Assembly: GCA_964511305.1 (NCBI GenBank)
Contig: CAZEEU010000004.1
Span: 4,093-68,092, forward strand
Length of the DNA stretch: 64,000 bases
Direction of reading: 5' to 3'
From: an uncultured Gammaproteobacteria bacterium
Lineage (GTDB): Bacteria; Patescibacteriota; Microgenomatia; Levybacterales; GWA1-39-11
Position 1 is the first letter of the stretch, and the number at the start of each line of letters is the position of its first letter. The position numbers were made by a program, and so were the translations under genes. The notes beneath the pieces are model-generated. The model did no database searches. It was given only the letters and a program-made list of their open reading frames with translations, and had not been told where the DNA came from. Positions 10,218 through 20,608 of this stretch are shown one piece after another.

Positions 10218-11165
10218 ATGAGTAGATTGCTATTTAAAGTAATTGAAGATCCTGCAGAAGCAAAAGTATTCTGGGATCTTTTTTCTCCCAAAAAAACTAT
10301 CGATGATGAGTGGGATTTTCGCGATATATGGACCAAATCATATAATTTCCCTTTTCATTTTATTGTAGGATTCGATGGAGAAAAGCCCGTAGGGCTACTC
10401 CCTCTTCAAAGAAATACATTAAAAGGCCTGAGCCCAAAGCTTCTTGCCATGGATGTCCCGTTTCTCGAATTTTTTGCCGGACTTGATACTGACAACAATC
10501 GAGTTTTTATAAATAAAGAGTACGAAAACTGTATCCCTCAATTTCTGCAGGAGATAAAAGAACCAACGGTTCTTTCCTCACTTAAGGAGCCGTGTTTAGT
10601 TGATGGAAAAGAAGCTGAGCACTACTTATATAGATATGAATTAGATCTTGTTAAACTCCCTACCTTTGAATCATTCATGCAGACAAATCTTGATGGGGTA
10701 AGCAGACAAAGATTAATAAATAGGCTCAACAAGATTGATAAAACATACAAGGCTGAAATAAGGGATGGCGGCAAAGAAGATCTAGAACGAATGTTCCAAC
10801 TAAGCATTGAAAGATTTGGAGAAAGATCATCTTTCAACATGCCTGATAGACAACAGATTTATCGTGAACTTTTAGAAAGATTTGACGTGGATCTAATGAC
10901 AATTGTGCTTGATAATGAGGTAAAAGCAGTCTCTTTTGCCATTGTACATAATGGCACTTATACGACAATTAACGTCGGGTATGACTACGACGTGAGGGAT
11001 TTAAGTAAGCTACTGGTGGTTACTCAAATAAAGCGTGCAATGGATAAAAAATCTACTGTTTTTGACGCTGGCCAAGGTGACAACGGATGGAAAGAACACT
11101 TTAATTTAACAAAAATTCCTCAGTATAAACTAGTCTTGAACTATACTCCGAAGGAAACGATTTAA
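10218..11165 (+). CDS. GNAT-fold acetyltransferase of the FemAB/CelD (Acetyltransf_6-like) family
   Basis: C-terminal ...VSFAIVHNGTYTTINVGYDYDVRDLSKLLVV...FDAGQGDNGWKEHF resembles BioF2/CelD/FemAB-like GNAT domain. Confidence 0.5.
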   Translation: MSRLLFKVIEDPAEAKVFWDLFSPKKTIDDEWDFRDIWTKSYNFPFHFIVGFDGEKPVGLLPLQRNTLKGLSPKLLAMDVPFLEFFAGLDTDNNRVFINKEYENCIPQFLQEIKEPTVLSSLKEPCLVDGKEAEHYLYRYELDLVKLPTFESFMQTNLDGVSRQRLINRLNKIDKTYKAEIRDGGKEDLERMFQLSIERFGERSSFNMPDRQQIYRELLERFDVDLMTIVLDNEVKAVSFAIVHNGTYTTINVGYDYDVRDLSKLLVVTQIKRAMDKKSTVFDAGQGDNGWKEHFNLTKIPQYKLVLNYTPKETI

Positions 11166-12491
11166 TTATTTCTTCTTAAATTGAGGGTGTCTGAATGCTT
11201 CTACGAGAACGTCATGATGCATAGGAATTTTCTCTACCTCTACATGCTCGTCTGGTTTGTGAAAGACAGAACTCTTACCAAATCCAAATATTGCTGCAGG
11301 AATAGACTTTCCTCCCCTAGATAATGCGTCAAACAAAATAGCGCCTTCCTCATATCCATGTTGAGATGCATTCCAAATAGGCACATCGCTTACTCCTGTG
11401 GTTCTTTTTATAATATCAACAAGCCATTGTGACTCTTGTTGGTCTCCCAACCATGCAGGAAAATCAAAAATTTGCTTGTGATCTTCTACTCTTAAACCGC
11501 GCTTTTCTGCTTCTTCTCTGATAAGTCCAGCAATAGTAGGCTCATCGATCTTTTGACCATTAATAGAATCTCCATTTGGTCTAAATTCAGCACGAATCTT
11601 AAGATAATCCGGCACTCTATTCCCACGATTCTGTCTTACTTCGGTCCCACCCTCAATAGGAACAACAAGCCCAGCTGTTCCTGCTGCCATATTGTAAGTT
11701 GTTACCCCAAGAGTCGTTGCTTCTCGAGCCTTTAGCTCTTCTGCAACTGTCTCAACTGCCTTAAAACCTAATTGAAATGCATTTACAGTTTCTTTAGTTC
11801 CAGGTGTTTTTACTGCAGCGTGTCCTGTTTCACCACGAAGAACCATTTCTAATTCTGCAACGCCACGGCACTGATATCCAATTTCTCCGTCAGATCCTGT
11901 TGTAAGCACAAAAGAAGGCTTATAGCTTGGGTCTTCTGCCTGGATTTTTTTGAAATGCTGAGCTAAGGCATTGATACCAGCAAAATCTCCTTCTTCATCA
12001 CCCGTAAATGCAAGCATAAGCTTTGGAAGTTCTTGCTCTCGTCCTTTAAATGACGCAAGGGCAGTCAACATTGCAGCACTTCCTGCTTTTTGATCAGCTG
12101 AACCTAATCCATATAAATTTCCCCCATCAATTACTCCCCCAAATGGGTCATACTTTCCTTGACCTTCTTCATTTCCAACAACCCATGGGCCTACATTGTC
12201 AATGTGGGTAAGTGCGATAAGATCTGGCTTGTCGCTATTTGCGACAATAAGAGTTTCCTTATTGGGGTCTTCTGACGGAATTCTGTATGAGTTAAAGCCA
12301 CTTGGTCCATGCTCGGCCACGAATCCGGCAATCCACAAGCCAATATTTCGCTCACTCTCGTGGGATGGGATTTGAACTAATTTCTGGGTAACTTCTACTG
12401 GATTCAAATATTCTGTAACAGGTCTACCTGCGTATGAAACGCCAATAGCTTCTACTGAAAGGTCTTGAGGTATTGGTGCAAACTCTGACAT
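11166..12491 (-). CDS. M20 family metallopeptidase (ArgE/DapE/dipeptidase-like)
   Basis: ALTHIDNV, GLGSADQKAGSAAMLTAL, FTGDEEGD metal-binding motifs of M20/M25/M40. Confidence 0.8.
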   Translation of the reverse strand: MSEFAPIPQDLSVEAIGVSYAGRPVTEYLNPVEVTQKLVQIPSHESERNIGLWIAGFVAEHGPSGFNSYRIPSEDPNKETLIVANSDKPDLIALTHIDNVGPWVVGNEEGQGKYDPFGGVIDGGNLYGLGSADQKAGSAAMLTALASFKGREQELPKLMLAFTGDEEGDFAGINALAQHFKKIQAEDPSYKPSFVLTTGSDGEIGYQCRGVAELEMVLRGETGHAAVKTPGTKETVNAFQLGFKAVETVAEELKAREATTLGVTTYNMAAGTAGLVVPIEGGTEVRQNRGNRVPDYLKIRAEFRPNGDSINGQKIDEPTIAGLIREEAEKRGLRVEDHKQIFDFPAWLGDQQESQWLVDIIKRTTGVSDVPIWNASQHGYEEGAILFDALSRGGKSIPAAIFGFGKSSVFHKPDEHVEVEKIPMHHDVLVEAFRHPQFKKK

Positions 12492-12548
12492 ATATAGATG
12501 AGAATTATAGCACTTTCAGCTCAAATGTCAAGTACTATGGGCTTATTA

Positions 12549-13352
12549 CTAGATATTTATTTCGTTGCTGAAGCCTGAGGAAGAGGTGATAATTGGAAGA
12601 GTTGGGAGAAAGCGCGAGTTCCAAAGCTTTTTGCTCATGAGCGTTCTTTCAATAACGCTCTTTGCGAGGATCTCCATGGGGTCAACAAGCTCAAAATTGC
12701 ACTTTTCTTTAGACAGCGCAAGTGGAATTTCGGTACATCCGAGAATTATTACAGACGCTCCATCACGGATAAGTTGAAGAGCTGCATTATTGAGTAAATT
12801 AAATGATTGCTCATCAGCGGAGAATTTTTTGATTTTATAAATTGCCTTCATAACGTCTGCTTGATATTTCTTGCTTGGTGTAATTAAAGACATGGATGGT
12901 GCGATTTTTTCGATTGCTTGCTTGTAAGTGTTGCTTGTAAGTGTGCCGTCGGTTGCAAGGAGGCCAACTTTTATCTTCTTTCCGAATGCTTTACTAAGGT
13001 GCGTGATGGTCAAGTCGATCATATTCATAACAGGCAGTCCAACGCCCGCCTCCAGCTCCTCTGTAAATACGTGTGCTGTATGACAGGGAATTACTAAAAA
13101 AGTAGCGCCCGCACGTTTTAGCAACAATCCTGTCTCAACCATTTCCGGAAGTGGACTTTCACCATTGAATAATAAGTGCTTTGATCTGTCTGGAATTTGC
13201 GGATTATTTAAAAGAAGAAATGGAATATGCTCCTGATCGCTCCCAACATGTCCTCGTAATTTAACGAGTAAAGAGGTGAAATAATTGGTTGCTTCTGGCC
13301 CTGTTCCGCCAATTATGCCCACGAGTTGATCGAAATAATTTGATGCACTCAT
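12549..13352 (-). CDS. Asp/Glu racemase family protein (aspartate racemase-like)
   Basis: Two catalytic Cys motifs: IIGGTGPEATNYF and VIILGCTEIPLAL. Confidence 0.8.
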   Translation of the reverse strand: MSASNYFDQLVGIIGGTGPEATNYFTSLLVKLRGHVGSDQEHIPFLLLNNPQIPDRSKHLLFNGESPLPEMVETGLLLKRAGATFLVIPCHTAHVFTEELEAGVGLPVMNMIDLTITHLSKAFGKKIKVGLLATDGTLTSNTYKQAIEKIAPSMSLITPSKKYQADVMKAIYKIKKFSADEQSFNLLNNAALQLIRDGASVIILGCTEIPLALSKEKCNFELVDPMEILAKSVIERTLMSKKLWNSRFLPTLPIITSSSGFSNEINI

Positions 13353-13525
13353 TTTTTTTCTGTGGCTTTTTTGCCATCATTATTTATTTAACACAAGCTG
13401 TAAGAATACCACTTTTTCCTCAATTTCGCAATATGATCCCGGCTGTTAGTTTAATCCTATAATAGTAAGTAGTTACTACTCTCGCCAGTTGGCTCCTGAA
13501 TATGCTTATTCAAAGTTATACAGTA

Positions 13526-14599
13526 TCAGTAAGACCATTTTCCGTTGACATTCTTTATAACGCCTTTTAATTCAAGTCCTGAAAGAATACGCGACACAAC
13601 TCGTACCTCAAATTTAATCTTTTTCACTAAGTCGTCCGTTGTCATACTTTCACTCTGAATTAAATCGATAACAGTTTTTTCTTCCTTCGAGAGATTTAAC
13701 TTTTTTGTTGTCGTTTTTTTACCTATATTTTTTTCACCCTTGGAATATGCATTCAGGATATCCTCAACCTCTGTAACTAAAATAGCTCCTTTCTTAAGCA
13801 AAGAAATGCTGCCTTTTGACATGGGCGAATCAATGGATCCAGGAACCGCAAAAACCTTTTTGGAAAGTCTAAAACCCCAGTCAGCCGTAACCAACGACCC
13901 ACTACCCTCTGCCGCCTCCGTTACGAGAACTCCATCACTTAGAGCCGCAATAATCCTATTTCTTGCAAGAAAAGTTCCTTTATTTGGATTAAGAGATACT
14001 GGATATTCTGAGATTATAAGGCTATTTGATCTGATAATATTTCTATATAAAGAGTAATTTTCAGAAGGGCTACAACAATCAACCCCGCATGCAAGAACTG
14101 CAACCGTAGATCCACAACTCTCTATCGTTGCCCTGTGAGCCGCAGCATCAACTCCAATTGCAAGACCAGAGATAATGGATACTCCATGATTTACTAATCC
14201 TGTTACTAATGTAGCTGTAACAGTTTTTCCATATTCTGTAATTTTTCTTGTCCCTACAACACCAACTGAAAATTTACTCTTCAAAAGATCTGTATTTCCT
14301 TTACAAAAAAGTCCTATTGGAGGATCCGGTAACATTTTAAGACCTTTGGGGTATTTTTTATCCAAAAAAGATATAAATTGTATGTTTTCTTTTTCTAAAA
14401 GCCGTATGTACTTTTTAGAATCAAACGTGTTCCTAAAATGCTCAAACTTAGCAAGAGCTACTCCTTTAACACCTGCCTCTTTGTATTCCCAGCTTGCACC
14501 AGTCCATGCCTTTTCTGAATTTCCAAACTTCTCAAGAAGCTTTTGATAACTTTTTGGACCTAAATTACTAACGGCAAAACCTAATGAAAAGACGTCCAT
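13526..14599 (-). CDS. dprA: DNA processing protein DprA (Smf)
   Basis: GVVGTRKITEYG...SGLAIGVDAAAHRA...LACGVD core of the DprA Rossmann domain; C-terminal wHTH-like tail. Confidence 0.85.
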   Translation of the reverse strand: MDVFSLGFAVSNLGPKSYQKLLEKFGNSEKAWTGASWEYKEAGVKGVALAKFEHFRNTFDSKKYIRLLEKENIQFISFLDKKYPKGLKMLPDPPIGLFCKGNTDLLKSKFSVGVVGTRKITEYGKTVTATLVTGLVNHGVSIISGLAIGVDAAAHRATIESCGSTVAVLACGVDCCSPSENYSLYRNIIRSNSLIISEYPVSLNPNKGTFLARNRIIAALSDGVLVTEAAEGSGSLVTADWGFRLSKKVFAVPGSIDSPMSKGSISLLKKGAILVTEVEDILNAYSKGEKNIGKKTTTKKLNLSKEEKTVIDLIQSESMTTDDLVKKIKFEVRVVSRILSGLELKGVIKNVNGKWSY

Positions 14600-14706
14600 T
14601 CTATTAATCTAAGCATAATTTCCCTTATTGTTCTCTTACAATATTTTCAATAATTGCTGTTGGTCATCACTCAAACTATACAGACTACGAAAGGAGGTGG
14701 ACAAAT

Positions 14707-14904
14707 ATGGTTGAAGTAATACATGAACATGATTCAGATAGCGGAAGTAATGGAATTGTGATGCTAATTGGAATACTAGTAATAGTAGGTATATTTATAT
14801 TCTTTTTCTACTTTTTTGGTAGAAATATAATGGGAGGATTCAATGCTGGTACTCCACAGATCAATATTCCGGACAAAGTTGATGTGAACGTAAATCAAAA
14901 ATAG
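14707..14904 (+). CDS. small (65 aa) single-pass membrane protein
   Basis: Strong SD AAGGAGGTG 7 nt upstream; one hydrophobic helix. Confidence 0.5.
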   Translation: MVEVIHEHDSDSGSNGIVMLIGILVIVGIFIFFFYFFGRNIMGGFNAGTPQINIPDKVDVNVNQK

Positions 14905-15034
14905 ATTGACAAAAACTTAGACTGTTGAAATACTATTCTTGTGAATGATTCTAAGGGTATGTTTCAGGCGAATTTAGTAAGGATAATAATTGCTGCGTTT
15001 GGATTTGTAATTTCTTTTCTAATCTGGGCATTTC

Positions 15035-16309
15035 TTGTCTTTTCATAATTATATGCCCGATTTTACACCAGAAACCCAACTTCATACAGAACGAAATACT
15101 CCTAATCCTGAAATAAAAGCGGGAATGTCCGGCCTTGCAAGCACAAAGCATCCCGAAGGATCTCAAGATACCGCACTAATCTTAACCGACACAAAATCGC
15201 GCTTAAAAGTGTTTGGAGTTTTTGACGGGATGGGTGGCTACAAAGGAGGAGCTGAAGCGTCTTCTCTTGCGCAAAAAGTAATATCTGAAAGAATTAACGG
15301 GGGCAATGTGGATCCAAACCTAAGTCTAGATCAAGCCTCGGGACTAGTTAAAAGTACTCTTCTAGAGGCTCATGATGCCGTAAAACAAGCAGCCATTGGT
15401 GAGTTTCGAGATATGGGCACAACAGCATCTCTAAGTGTTGTGTGGGAAGGAAAAAACGGAGAAAGGAAGCTGGTCTATGGTAATGTCGGAGACAGTAGGA
15501 TTTATGTCAGACGGGGAGATAAATTAATACAACTCACAATCGATGACAATTTAGCAGAAATTGGCAAACCCAATACTCTGACCCAGGTTATCGGACAGGG
15601 GGATATTGACCCCAAAATGCGGTCATTTGATCTTCAGTCAGGAGATCAGATAATAACCGTAAGCGACGGGATAGTAGATGCTCTTGAGGGGAGTCTTGAG
15701 GCAGCATTTCATGAAGCACTTTCAAAAGGACTCTCTCCCGACAAAGCGGCAGAATTTATTACTACTCGAGCAAGAGAGCGCTCTCTTGCGGGAGCAAAAA
15801 TGGATGACCAAACAACTCTTGTTGCAGAGATAGGCGGAAATCAAACGCAAGCAGGCAATATGATAGAATCCCCTACTTTCAAAAAGGAGGAACCATACAG
15901 ACTCCCCAATGGAACAATGGTAAACGTAAAAAGATCCGACGGTACAATTGAAGATGGCTGGTTTGTTTCGGGAAGGACTGAAAATGGAAATGTAATTGTT
16001 AAAAATCTGAATGGGCAAATGAAAACTCCAACTCCAGATCAGCTCGATTCAATTAATCCAACAATAGAAAATGCAAAAACGTGGGATCAACTTGCATTTT
16101 CAATAAATCAACTTCCTGATGATGTGAAAGGCAAAAAAGACACTTTTTCTAAAGACGATCTAATTCGACTAATCGAAGGGGTTAAATCTGGTGATCGCGA
16201 AATAACAGCAATAACTCGTACACTTGGCCTACGAGATAAGGTGAGAGAGTTACTTGATCTTCAAGATACACGAAAAAATTTGGGCACGATAGTTGTCCCT
16301 AGCTCTTAA
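15035..16309 (+). CDS. PP2C-family Ser/Thr protein phosphatase with C-terminal extension
   Basis: VFGVFDGMGGYKGGAEAS, GTTASLSVVWE, GNVGDSRIYV, VSDGIVD motifs of PPM/PP2C. Confidence 0.8.
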   Translation: MSFHNYMPDFTPETQLHTERNTPNPEIKAGMSGLASTKHPEGSQDTALILTDTKSRLKVFGVFDGMGGYKGGAEASSLAQKVISERINGGNVDPNLSLDQASGLVKSTLLEAHDAVKQAAIGEFRDMGTTASLSVVWEGKNGERKLVYGNVGDSRIYVRRGDKLIQLTIDDNLAEIGKPNTLTQVIGQGDIDPKMRSFDLQSGDQIITVSDGIVDALEGSLEAAFHEALSKGLSPDKAAEFITTRARERSLAGAKMDDQTTLVAEIGGNQTQAGNMIESPTFKKEEPYRLPNGTMVNVKRSDGTIEDGWFVSGRTENGNVIVKNLNGQMKTPTPDQLDSINPTIENAKTWDQLAFSINQLPDDVKGKKDTFSKDDLIRLIEGVKSGDREITAITRTLGLRDKVRELLDLQDTRKNLGTIVVPSS

Positions 16310-16316
16310 TTAAAAC

Positions 16317-17351
16317 ATGGAAAATAAAAAACCAGCTAATCCAACCAGTGCTACGCCGATCCCCTCCTCTCCATACGTTCCTACTCCTGAAATAACCACG
16401 AAATCTTCTCAAAATAAAAAATTCGCAGTTGGATTGATTATTTTTTTACTAAGTGTAATTGCATTAGCGTTAATCATTGCCTTCCTCCGCCAGACTTCTT
16501 CTCCCGTCTCGAAAGATACATCCACCAATGCTGATAAAAATCTAACTGACAATTGGCCTATTTTTACTGATGAAACTAAAAACTTCACAATTAAATACCC
16601 TACTACACTTAAAACCTCTTACACAGTCAGTTCTTATTTAAATGATTCATGCACTCGTTTTACAAATATTCCATTGGGAAATCCTGACAGTTCAGAGCCG
16701 GTCAATTTACCCCAAGATGGAAAAACGATTGAAGTTTGTTTTGTTGATGAAAAATTAGCTACAAACTTAACAAAATTCAGTGATGGACAAAGCACTTGGG
16801 AAATTATCAATGTAAAGCCAGTTGTTATTAATTCTTATGAAGGCTTATCAGGAAAAACAAAGGACGACGTTACCTCTCCAACTCTAACGGATGTGTCATT
16901 TGTTAGAAGACCTACAACGAGAGGATATCTAGTTATAAGAAATGAACATGGAAAGAATGACATATATCTTAAGATTCTATCCACCATTAAGTTTCTGCCA
17001 GAAAAGACAGAGTATCCAAAAGAATTTTGGGAAGTTCTTAAAAAAGCATATAACTCACATCTCGATTGTTTGGCTGAGGGAAAAACAAAATCAAAATGCG
17101 CCTCACTGTCATCAGCTTTCAGTATGTCCGGTAAGCCAATAGAAATGCTTTGTCCAAATCAAAACATTTCTTCAAGTGATATTTCAATATATAGGGGGTC
17201 TCAGTCTACGGACCTAAATGGGAAAGTTACAGCTATGGCTAGCATTAGTATTCCTCCCAAAAGTCAGGACCTAAAGAAAAAAAGCAGAGTCAGCTTAACT
17301 TTCATCAATAATCAGTGGAAAATAGATAATATTATTTGCGAAACAGACTAA
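16317..17351 (+). CDS. membrane-anchored extracellular protein, hypothetical
   Basis: N-terminal TM anchor, Cys-containing extracellular domain. Confidence 0.5.
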   Translation: MENKKPANPTSATPIPSSPYVPTPEITTKSSQNKKFAVGLIIFLLSVIALALIIAFLRQTSSPVSKDTSTNADKNLTDNWPIFTDETKNFTIKYPTTLKTSYTVSSYLNDSCTRFTNIPLGNPDSSEPVNLPQDGKTIEVCFVDEKLATNLTKFSDGQSTWEIINVKPVVINSYEGLSGKTKDDVTSPTLTDVSFVRRPTTRGYLVIRNEHGKNDIYLKILSTIKFLPEKTEYPKEFWEVLKKAYNSHLDCLAEGKTKSKCASLSSAFSMSGKPIEMLCPNQNISSSDISIYRGSQSTDLNGKVTAMASISIPPKSQDLKKKSRVSLTFINNQWKIDNIICETD

Positions 17352-19126
17352 TTCTTCTTCTCGAAATATTCCTTTAAAATATCCCTGGCAATTGGACCGG
17401 CAACCGATGACCCTTGTCCTCCATTTTCAACAATTACAGTAATTGCAATCTCTGGATTATAAAATGGTGCAAATACTGTGAACCATGCATGTGGGTCTGC
17501 ATCATCTCCATGCGCTTCAGCAGTTCCCGTCTTGCACCCCATTGTCACATGAACAAAATTTGCTCCTGCTGAGGCGTCTTTTACGTAGTCCAATCCATCA
17601 ATTTTTATTTTGTCATTCTTAACTTTAAAATTGAATAGTGGATAACCCGTTCCCCCAGGCTCACATACACCCCTTAATCCTTCCCTCACAACTTCCAAAT
17701 AATCTTTATCTATAAAGTCTTTCTTAATAATCTGAACGTCACCTTTTATAAGATGAGGTTTTATAAGCACTCCTCCATTTGCCATGAGCTGGGTAAATCT
17801 ATTTACTTGGATAGGAGTTGTTTCAAGATATCCTTGGCCAATACTCATATTGATTGTGTCGCCTAAATACCACTGCTCATCCAAATTCTTTTCTTTCCAT
17901 GAGGGATCAGGCACGGTCCCAACTTCTTCTCCGGGAAGATCTATACCAGTTCTTCTCCCAAGCCCTAAAGTAAGTGACCAATCGTGTAACGTATCAACGC
18001 CAGTTTTCATTGCCGCTTGATAAAAGAAAATATCATTTGAACGAACGAGGGCTTTTACGACATCGACCGCACCTTCCGTTCTGCCGGACTCTAAATAATT
18101 CCATGTTCCGAATTTGCTTCCCCCAATAGAAAGCACTCCGGTATCTTCAAATTCTGTGTCTTTTTTAATTTTTTGCGTTGAAAGTGCTGCAAGCGCTGTT
18201 ACTACTTTATAAGTTGAGCCAGGAGGATATATGCCGCCAATTACGCGATTGAGAAGTGGGAATTTTTCCCCATCAAGAAGAATATCTTCTTTCTTTTTGT
18301 ATGTTCCGACAGGAGTATATGTTGATTCTCGAGTAAATAAATTAGGGTCAAATGAGGGCTTTGAATATAATGCAAGAATTGATCCATCTCGCGGATCGCT
18401 CACAACGACAGCTCCTCGATCAACTTTTTCCATTGCCTTGGTAGCAGCTTTTTGGACATTAACATCAAGAGTGGTATTTAGAACTGCTCCCTCGACTGCC
18501 TCTTCTTCGCCAAGAAGCCTCACTCTTGCACCTTTTGCATTTACTTCATATAACTGTTTTCCATTTCTGCCATGTAAAAATTTTTCATACTTTTCCTCAA
18601 GTCCCATTCTTCCAGTAAAATCAGATAGCCCGTAATCTCTAAAATCCGGAAGCAATACCTCATCTGAATTAACTTGACCAACATATCCCAGTACGTGAGC
18701 AAATAAATCTTTATATACATATTCTCTTTTAACCGTAGCAAGAATACTTTCCCCGCGAGTTAGTCGCTTTAACGCATCTTCTTGATCCAGCCATTCAATT
18801 TCTTTACCATTTTTTAAAATGCTAAATGCAGGTATATTTCTAACCAGTGCAACTCCATTTCTATCAAAAATAATTCCGCGTGGAGCTGGAATAAGGACAG
18901 TGCGAATTCTATTTGCATCTGACAATTTAGAATAATACGAAGCTCTTACGACTTGCAGGGTAAAAAGTCGCATCGAAAGCAAGGCAAAAATCATCAATAA
19001 AATTACCAGTGGTATTAATCGATAAAGATGTAGAGGCCGACCAAAACTGCCTCCTCTTTTTTTTCTAACACGTTCTTCAAATATATGATCTGAAAAAGCA
19101 TGTCCGACATTTCCTCTTTTTTTCAT
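17348..19126 (-). CDS. mrdA: penicillin-binding protein 2 (peptidoglycan D,D-transpeptidase)
   Basis: N-terminal TM, dimerisation domain, transpeptidase SXXK (GSTYK), SXN and KTG motifs; follows mreC-mreD. Confidence 0.85.
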   Translation of the reverse strand: MKKRGNVGHAFSDHIFEERVRKKRGGSFGRPLHLYRLIPLVILLMIFALLSMRLFTLQVVRASYYSKLSDANRIRTVLIPAPRGIIFDRNGVALVRNIPAFSILKNGKEIEWLDQEDALKRLTRGESILATVKREYVYKDLFAHVLGYVGQVNSDEVLLPDFRDYGLSDFTGRMGLEEKYEKFLHGRNGKQLYEVNAKGARVRLLGEEEAVEGAVLNTTLDVNVQKAATKAMEKVDRGAVVVSDPRDGSILALYSKPSFDPNLFTRESTYTPVGTYKKKEDILLDGEKFPLLNRVIGGIYPPGSTYKVVTALAALSTQKIKKDTEFEDTGVLSIGGSKFGTWNYLESGRTEGAVDVVKALVRSNDIFFYQAAMKTGVDTLHDWSLTLGLGRRTGIDLPGEEVGTVPDPSWKEKNLDEQWYLGDTINMSIGQGYLETTPIQVNRFTQLMANGGVLIKPHLIKGDVQIIKKDFIDKDYLEVVREGLRGVCEPGGTGYPLFNFKVKNDKIKIDGLDYVKDASAGANFVHVTMGCKTGTAEAHGDDADPHAWFTVFAPFYNPEIAITVIVENGGQGSSVAGPIARDILKEYFEKKN

Positions 19127-19548
19127 ATAAAAATTTTCTTACTTGCTCGTAATTGAGCGAATGCAAAGTAACCAATCAAAAAAGCTATATAAAATCCAAC
19201 TGTCAGGGGAGTCGAATATATAAGCAGTCGTGTGTAAAAAAATCCAGAGGCTGCAACAACAATCCCTGCAACTAACAAATCACTTGATCCAGAATATCTT
19301 TCATAAAGAAATATTAGTGATAATATTCCAGCTAAAAATAATGGTGTCAATCCAAAGTTACTTACTCGCAATGCATCGGTTGCAAATGCCAAGAAAAAAA
19401 CAAAAGCATATAACCTAACGCTTTTAATTAAAATGAGAAGCGCTGCGCCTAAGAAAAAAATAAATGGGAAATTTACCAAAGATGTCTCAGCAAATAATGC
19501 AATTGTTCCGAGAGCTACAAGTCCATATGAAAGATTTTTAGTACTCAC
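19123..19548 (-). CDS. mreD: rod shape-determining protein MreD
   Basis: 141-aa polytopic membrane protein between mreC and PBP2. Confidence 0.6.
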   Translation of the reverse strand: MSTKNLSYGLVALGTIALFAETSLVNFPFIFFLGAALLILIKSVRLYAFVFFLAFATDALRVSNFGLTPLFLAGILSLIFLYERYSGSSDLLVAGIVVAASGFFYTRLLIYSTPLTVGFYIAFLIGYFAFAQLRASKKIFI

Positions 19549-20339
19549 ATTTTTGAAATGATAAATATATTGGTTAGTTTCTGATAATTAATTGCAGGTT
19601 CCAATTGAGCGCTTTGGAAAGGTGCTGTTTCTCTTTTAGATATCGATGAAATCTTACCCAAAATCATATCGGGAATAACACCAATTCCATCGCGATCAAC
19701 TTCTCCTTTAGTAACAACTACACCACCCTTTTTAAGTTGATCTGTTATAAGAACTCCGTCGAAAAGAATAAGATCGCTTCTTCCGATTACAATGCCATTT
19801 GCATTTGTCTCCGGCAACTTAGCTAGCACCTGAAATTTGGGATTATATGGGGTTATAACCACTGAAAAATGTTCGCTAACGTCTTCAATTTTTCCTACTA
19901 AATACTTTTCAAAAATCACTGTCATATTTTTAGAAATTCCTTCTGCTTTCCCGGCATTCACAGTAAATGTGTGAGGTTTTTGATTTTCACCCTGAACTCC
20001 AATAATTTTTGCAGCCACCATGCTTTGCGTTGTCTCCCCACTAACTGTAAATTGACTCTTTAATGCCTCGTTATCTTTTTCCATAATTTGATACTTCACA
20101 ATTTGTTGCTCAAGAGATCTAATTTTTTTATTGAGAGTATTCTCACGATCATCTCGTGCGCTTTTTCCAAGGGAATAAAAATATGACTTTGGGGCACTAA
20201 AGATAGACTGCAATATTCCTTGTGCAAATAACACTGGGGGTGAAGTTTTGTACAGAAAAATAACTGCTGATACTACAGATATTGCAATAAGAGTTATGAT
20301 GATTTTTTTCTTTTGTGACTTAGGGGATGATACAAGCAT
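19545..20339 (-). CDS. mreC: rod shape-determining protein MreC
   Basis: N-terminal TM, coiled coil, C-terminal beta domain ...GIVIGRSDLILFDGVL...VVTKGEVD... Confidence 0.8.
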   Translation of the reverse strand: MLVSSPKSQKKKIIITLIAISVVSAVIFLYKTSPPVLFAQGILQSIFSAPKSYFYSLGKSARDDRENTLNKKIRSLEQQIVKYQIMEKDNEALKSQFTVSGETTQSMVAAKIIGVQGENQKPHTFTVNAGKAEGISKNMTVIFEKYLVGKIEDVSEHFSVVITPYNPKFQVLAKLPETNANGIVIGRSDLILFDGVLITDQLKKGGVVVTKGEVDRDGIGVIPDMILGKISSISKRETAPFQSAQLEPAINYQKLTNIFIISKM

Positions 20340-20608
20340 TGCAGACTCAACTTTAACAAAAAAGCCTCAAAGTCGCAAGGGAAGATGGGCCTCCGATCCG
20401 CCAAAAGGCGGACCGGAGGGGATAGAAAGATGACTGTTGCCGTCACGATGCCGGCATAGCCGGCTTCCGGTTGAAAACCCGACTGGGACCCGCAAGGGTC
20501 AGTTGCCGGAGACTCGCTCCGCAGGATGGGCATTGCCCTTTAATCCCGCGGGGTTTTCCGCAGTCGTCGCAAAACAACGGCAAGACTGGGTCGTGATCCG
20601 GCGCTACA

